DNA of 20,000 bases from an uncultured virus (IMG/VR IMGVR_UViG_3300021256_003716) (Duplodnaviria > Heunggongvirae > Uroviricota > Caudoviricetes): the IMG/VR virus record IMGVR_UViG_3300021256_003716; one strand, given 5' to 3'. Below the pieces are notes generated by a model, which was not told the origin of the DNA, did not search any database, and was given only the letters and a program-made list of their open reading frames with translations. The first letter of the stretch is position 1, and each line of letters starts with the position of its first letter. The position numbers and the translations under genes are program-made. Positions 16,533 through 20,000 of this stretch are shown piece after piece.

Positions 16533-16973
16533 ATGGACCTTAGTGAACAGGGATATAGCCTTTTTAAGCGACTATGTATACTTGCTGAAATGAGTGAACT
16601 AGACGTAAAAGCTATGGATTGGCTAAAATATTATTGGTATAATGCGCCTATTACTCTTAAAGCTATTATTCCACCTGTAATATTTTATAGAGAAAAATAT
16701 ATAGAAGCATTTGCAAGTAAATATCAAAAAGATTTCTTAAGTTATCTTAATGATGTAGAAAGTTTAAGCAAAATAAGTTATATTGAGTTCTGTGATAAAG
16801 TTGCTGAAGCTATCGTATATAACCAAGTAAAAGATTTTTTTAGCCCCATTCATGATATGCAAGAAAATATAAAATCAGTATGTAAGAAATTTCTTTTAAT
16901 AGAGCTTAGCAATAATATTTTATGGGATATAAAATTAAATCAGTCGCAGATTGTTAAAATGTATTTTAATTAA
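16533..16973 (+). CDS. YF-tail paralog family protein (IVKMYFN)
   Basis: 146 aa; FLLIELSNNILWD. Confidence 0.85.
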   Translation: MDLSEQGYSLFKRLCILAEMSELDVKAMDWLKYYWYNAPITLKAIIPPVIFYREKYIEAFASKYQKDFLSYLNDVESLSKISYIEFCDKVAEAIVYNQVKDFFSPIHDMQENIKSVCKKFLLIELSNNILWDIKLNQSQIVKMYFN

Positions 16974-16982
16974 GGAATAAAT

Positions 16983-17432
16983 ATGGAAATTAAATTAAAT
17001 GAACAAAATATAGATATTGTATATGAGCGTGGCGAATGGAGCCGTACAGCTCTTATTTATGAAGAGCATATGCAACAAATATTTCAGACAATTTTGCCGG
17101 TAATTCTTAGAGCTATTATGCTACGGTTTACAGTAGATACAGATGAAATAATGTCTTGTATGCGTAAGAAAGAACTCCGACAATTTCCACTTTCCAGAGA
17201 AGCTGAGGCAGAAGTACTTTTTAATATTAAGTCCACCATTACGCGGCTTGATATGAAATATCCTTTTATAGAAAGTACTGTGCTTACTATCGTTCAAGGT
17301 TTTGGGGAAAAAGTATTAGTTGAGGCTCGCACAACTATGCCATCTATAAAAAAATATTTATGCTGGTTTCTTGCGCGAATGGTCCTTAAAGAAATTGAAG
17401 CACAAAAAGATGAGGTATTAAAATATTTCTAA
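16983..17432 (+). CDS. YF-tail protein (EVLKYF)
   Basis: 149 aa, SD AAGGA. Confidence 0.85.
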   Translation: MEIKLNEQNIDIVYERGEWSRTALIYEEHMQQIFQTILPVILRAIMLRFTVDTDEIMSCMRKKELRQFPLSREAEAEVLFNIKSTITRLDMKYPFIESTVLTIVQGFGEKVLVEARTTMPSIKKYLCWFLARMVLKEIEAQKDEVLKYF

Positions 17433-17905
17433 TGAGTAGTATATCCACAAATGCGCCTGAATGGCAATTAGAACCTTTTTCTCCATTATCGAATTATCCT
17501 GATTTTATATGTAAAGAAGCATCTCATTTTGTAATAGGCACGAATTTTATTAAGTCAGAAAAATTAGTTTCAGCTGTGAGCTTAACGCAAAAACGTATAG
17601 TAGAACATTTACATATATGGATTGATGAAAAAGATTCTAATAAACTAAGACGCCTACGAGAACAGTACAAGAATCATACAATAAATCATGATGGTTTATT
17701 AGTACTAACAGCAAGTAATATTAAAAATAAACTGATGAGACTTGACTGTCCTTTTTGGTCATTAATCTGTTGGCCAACATTAAAGGATTGCAGTGAAGCC
17801 TATTCCAAGGACTTACAATGGTATTTTGGAGAGTTTATTCATAGATATATTGTTTATGATACAAAGCATTATAAAGACTTACTTGCAGAGGAATATTTTA
17901 ATTAA
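17432..17905 (+). CDS. YF-tail protein (LAEEYFN)
   Basis: 157 aa, TAATG overlap. Confidence 0.85.
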   Translation: MSSISTNAPEWQLEPFSPLSNYPDFICKEASHFVIGTNFIKSEKLVSAVSLTQKRIVEHLHIWIDEKDSNKLRRLREQYKNHTINHDGLLVLTASNIKNKLMRLDCPFWSLICWPTLKDCSEAYSKDLQWYFGEFIHRYIVYDTKHYKDLLAEEYFN

Positions 17906-17908
17906 ATT

Positions 17909-18313
17909 ATGTCACCACTTGTTTTACCTTGGGATGAAGAAGTAACTTTATTTCTGAAACACTTTTTAAGAGCAAACTATTCTGCGGAAGATATGCTTAT
18001 TTGTGCTGCTTTCTTAACAGAAAGACTTCCAGTAATAACAGCTACATTTGAAAAATATGTCTCAGCAGAAACACTTAAAAAATTTGTAAATTCATCAACG
18101 GGTTGCTCTATTTCAAAGGCGGATGCAATAGGAAGAAAAGTAGCTTATAATAAAGAATTCGAAAAGGAAGTCTTAAAAGCTACTGGGGTCTTTTTAAGTG
18201 ATGATAATCTTAATGACATTAAAGCATATCTTACAAGCTTTATAAGCCGTACGGTAAGAGACAAATATTACTTGACTAGTTTTGAGATTTCTGATTTATA
18301 TTTTGGAGATTAG
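17909..18313 (+). CDS. YF-tail paralog family protein (ISDLYFGD)
   Basis: 134 aa. Confidence 0.85.
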   Translation: MSPLVLPWDEEVTLFLKHFLRANYSAEDMLICAAFLTERLPVITATFEKYVSAETLKKFVNSSTGCSISKADAIGRKVAYNKEFEKEVLKATGVFLSDDNLNDIKAYLTSFISRTVRDKYYLTSFEISDLYFGD

Positions 18314-18314
18314 T

Positions 18315-18674
18315 ATGAACCCAATAACAATACAAAGAAAGTTTTATTATTATGTACCTGAAACAATTTCTAAAACTGACTTTACTCATTGCTGTGTATA
18401 TTTAGAATCTGCAATACCTAAAGCATTAAAACTTTATCCTAAATATATTCCATATATACCAGAAAATAAAACTGTAGATGAACAGCTAGCGGGCAGTTAT
18501 GCATATAGTGTACTTTATCAGAACGACGACTTTCAAGAAGAGTTAAATTTAGTTGATGAAGGAAATTGGTTTCCACCACAATATTGGGAGAACATAAAAG
18601 AGTTTCTTAGGCATATTATTAAGAAAGATATATTAAATCAGTATTGCAATATTCCGGAGATGTATTTTGGTTAG
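18315..18674 (+). CDS. YF-tail paralog family protein (IPEMYFG)
   Basis: ATG 18315 after GGAG preferred over 18282; YLESAIPKALKLYPKYIP aligns with 13450 and 13852. Confidence 0.85.
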   Translation: MNPITIQRKFYYYVPETISKTDFTHCCVYLESAIPKALKLYPKYIPYIPENKTVDEQLAGSYAYSVLYQNDDFQEELNLVDEGNWFPPQYWENIKEFLRHIIKKDILNQYCNIPEMYFG

Positions 18675-19134
18675 TAAATTAAACTTTAGAAAACCCGATG
18701 GAGAATTTCATCTTAAATCAAGAGATAAATTTAAAGATGAGACTCTGGACTATCTATCATTAGACAAAACTCAAAAACATAATCTCTTAGTCGTACAATA
18801 TGAGTTGATTGAAGTTATAGGCAAATGCTTTGAAAGCTGGCTATCCGAAGAACACCTAAAAGACTTACTAAAAGCATCTTATTCAGCCAGTATAAAAGGC
18901 GAATATTCTGAGCTAAATTCTGCTATTATCGCAGCAGATATTTCTATTATGTTAGGCGGTCATCCAATCAATATAAGCCTTCTTACCGACTTCAAAGAAA
19001 CAGAGAAATATAACAATTTACCGGACTATATAAAAGAAGAAGTAATACCATCAGAATTCAGGCTTCTTATCAGACGCTATATAAACTGGAACCTATCAAT
19101 AAAAGAATCAGAATCTAAAGAATACTTTCAATAA
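18667..19134 (+). CDS. YF-tail protein (ESKEYFQ)
   Basis: 155 aa, TTG start after GGAGA, followed by a terminator. Confidence 0.8.
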   Translation: MVSKLNFRKPDGEFHLKSRDKFKDETLDYLSLDKTQKHNLLVVQYELIEVIGKCFESWLSEEHLKDLLKASYSASIKGEYSELNSAIIAADISIMLGGHPINISLLTDFKETEKYNNLPDYIKEEVIPSEFRLLIRRYINWNLSIKESESKEYFQ

Positions 19135-19136
19135 AA

Positions 19137-19163
19137 AGCCAGACATAAAATCTGGCTATTTTT
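19137..19163 (+). terminator. Intrinsic terminator
   Basis: AGCCAGA(19137-19143)/TCTGGCT(19151-19157) + ATTTTT. Confidence 0.8.
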
Positions 19164-19361
19164 ATTTATATATCTTAATAGCATAAAAACACTTATATAA
19201 AAGAATATATACTTATGCCAAAGAAATATATAATATATACAGAGATAATACATAAAAATATAGAATATACTATAAAGAAACATATATAAACAAGATATAT
19301 ACCAGTACTAAAGAATCCCTATATAAAACATATATAAAGCAAGAACCATAAGAATATATAA

Positions 19362-19543
19362 ACATATAAGTAATATAGCCTTAGAAGACTCAAGTATATC
19401 CTTTAAGAGTCTAAGTATATCAATAAAAGTATAAATATAGCCTTAGAAGCATAAATATATCAATAAAAGCTCAAGTATATTCCATTAAAGACCCAAATAT
19501 AGCCCTAAAAGCTCAAGTATATTACAAAAAGCTCAAGTATAAC
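19362..19543. repeat. Degenerate ~20-bp tandem repeat array (about 9 units, consensus TAAAAGCTCAAGTATATCC)
   Basis: AAAAGCTCAAGTATA x3 exact, plus variants such as AGAAGACTCAAGTATAT, AAGAGTCTAAGTATAT and AATATAGCCTTAGAAG x2. Confidence 0.75.
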
Positions 19544-19666
19544 TGCCGTAGGCGGCCGTAAGGCCAGTTTTAGTCAGTTTAGGTAAGTAAAACATGTATA
19601 TTTCTATATAAAATGTAAGGTATGACCATACTAATAGGGGTTAAAATTTTTTAAAAATATGCCACT

Positions 19667-19777
19667 TTCTGCGCAGATCTGCAGGCCGGCCTGGGTACAC
19701 TTGTGCTACTGGTATACTGGATTCTGCGCAGATTTGGAGCACTCGCGTTACTGTGCACAGAAGCAATTTTGGCCGGC
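19667..19777. repeat. Cluster of GC-rich palindromes
   Basis: TCTGCGCAGA x2 (19668, 19723), CAGGCCGGCCTG (19682), CTGTGCACAG (19751), GCCGGC (19772). Confidence 0.7.
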
Positions 19778-19848
19778 AGCTTATATTCTACAGAACTCCT
19801 GTGTGTTTTCTCCTATATATAGAACTACACACACTTATATAAAAAAAT

Positions 19849-19873
19849 AGAGCCAGACTTTACATCTGGCTCT
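19849..19873 (-). terminator. Intrinsic terminator for the incoming minus-strand gene
   Basis: AGAGCCAGA/TCTGGCTCT stem, A-tract at 19841-19847 (U-tract on minus strand). Confidence 0.75.
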
Positions 19874-19899
19874 TTATATATATATATAGCTTATTTTAA

Positions 19900-20000
19900 T
19901 TATGCTGTAATCTGGAACTCAATAGAATCTTTTATACTCTTAAGTTCCTTGACATACTTGACTTGTGCTTCATCAATTTCTTTTGATTCGGCTTTTTCAA
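19900..20000 (-). CDS. 3' end of a minus-strand gene (partial)
   Basis: ...EKAESKEIDEAQVKYVKELKSIKDSIEFQITA* ending TAA at 19902-19900. Confidence 0.6.
   Translation of the reverse strand, partial: EKAESKEIDEAQVKYVKELKSIKDSIEFQITA

Noticed and set aside
120..19134. YF motif as a canonical PIP-box, beta-clamp motif or TEV protease site
   Set aside because: It lacks the conserved Q and usually has a small residue where PIP needs L/I/M; it does not fit QL(S/D)LF; the resemblance to ENLYFQ is superficial. A non-canonical clamp interaction is not excluded.
120..19134. YF ending as a mere AT-rich DNA artefact (TATTTT)
   Set aside because: Frame is always preserved, synonymous TAC/TTC variants occur, flanking residues are constrained, and the position is tied to the stop codon.
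19362..19543. CRISPR array
   Set aside because: Units are contiguous and degenerate with no unique spacers, and no cas genes are present.
19659..19850. 63-aa ORF from the track
   Set aside because: Atypical composition, no well-spaced SD, and it lies over the palindrome island between two terminators; likely non-coding.
19875..19889. (TA)n microsatellite
   Set aside because: Short and unremarkable in such AT-rich DNA.
1..20000. TAG-recoded genetic code (as in some large gut phages)
   Set aside because: Coding density is already high in code 11. Most TAG stops are followed by an SD or promoter and an out-of-frame start; only three (1420, 4981, 16072) are in frame with the next gene, about what chance predicts.

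Overview
This is an AT-rich, densely packed block of about 50 short co-oriented ORFs, mostly hypothetical. It looks like the early/accessory region of a large lytic bacteriophage; this is inferred, since no structural or replication hallmark genes are present, and the standard genetic code fits. Recognisable products are a SLOG/DUF2493-like protein (1797-2321), a stand-alone ABC-type ATPase (3802-4662) and a receiver-like domain split by a -1 frame change (6772-7109). The main signal is that 19 proteins, many otherwise unrelated, end in the same C-terminal motif, roughly (A/S/P/V)-x-x-Y-F-(D/N/G/E/Q). These include a tandem array of diverged 120-157 aa paralogs (13450-14235, 15543-19134) and an unannotated 22-aa peptide (16006-16074) that is little more than the motif. 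A repeated promoter (TAKACT-like -35, 18 bp, TATTATA) occurs 7 times and mostly gives leaderless starts. The block ends in a convergent non-coding region (19135-19899) bounded by twin terminators, containing an approximately 20-bp repeat array and a cluster of GC-rich palindromes (possible origin or genome-end region).
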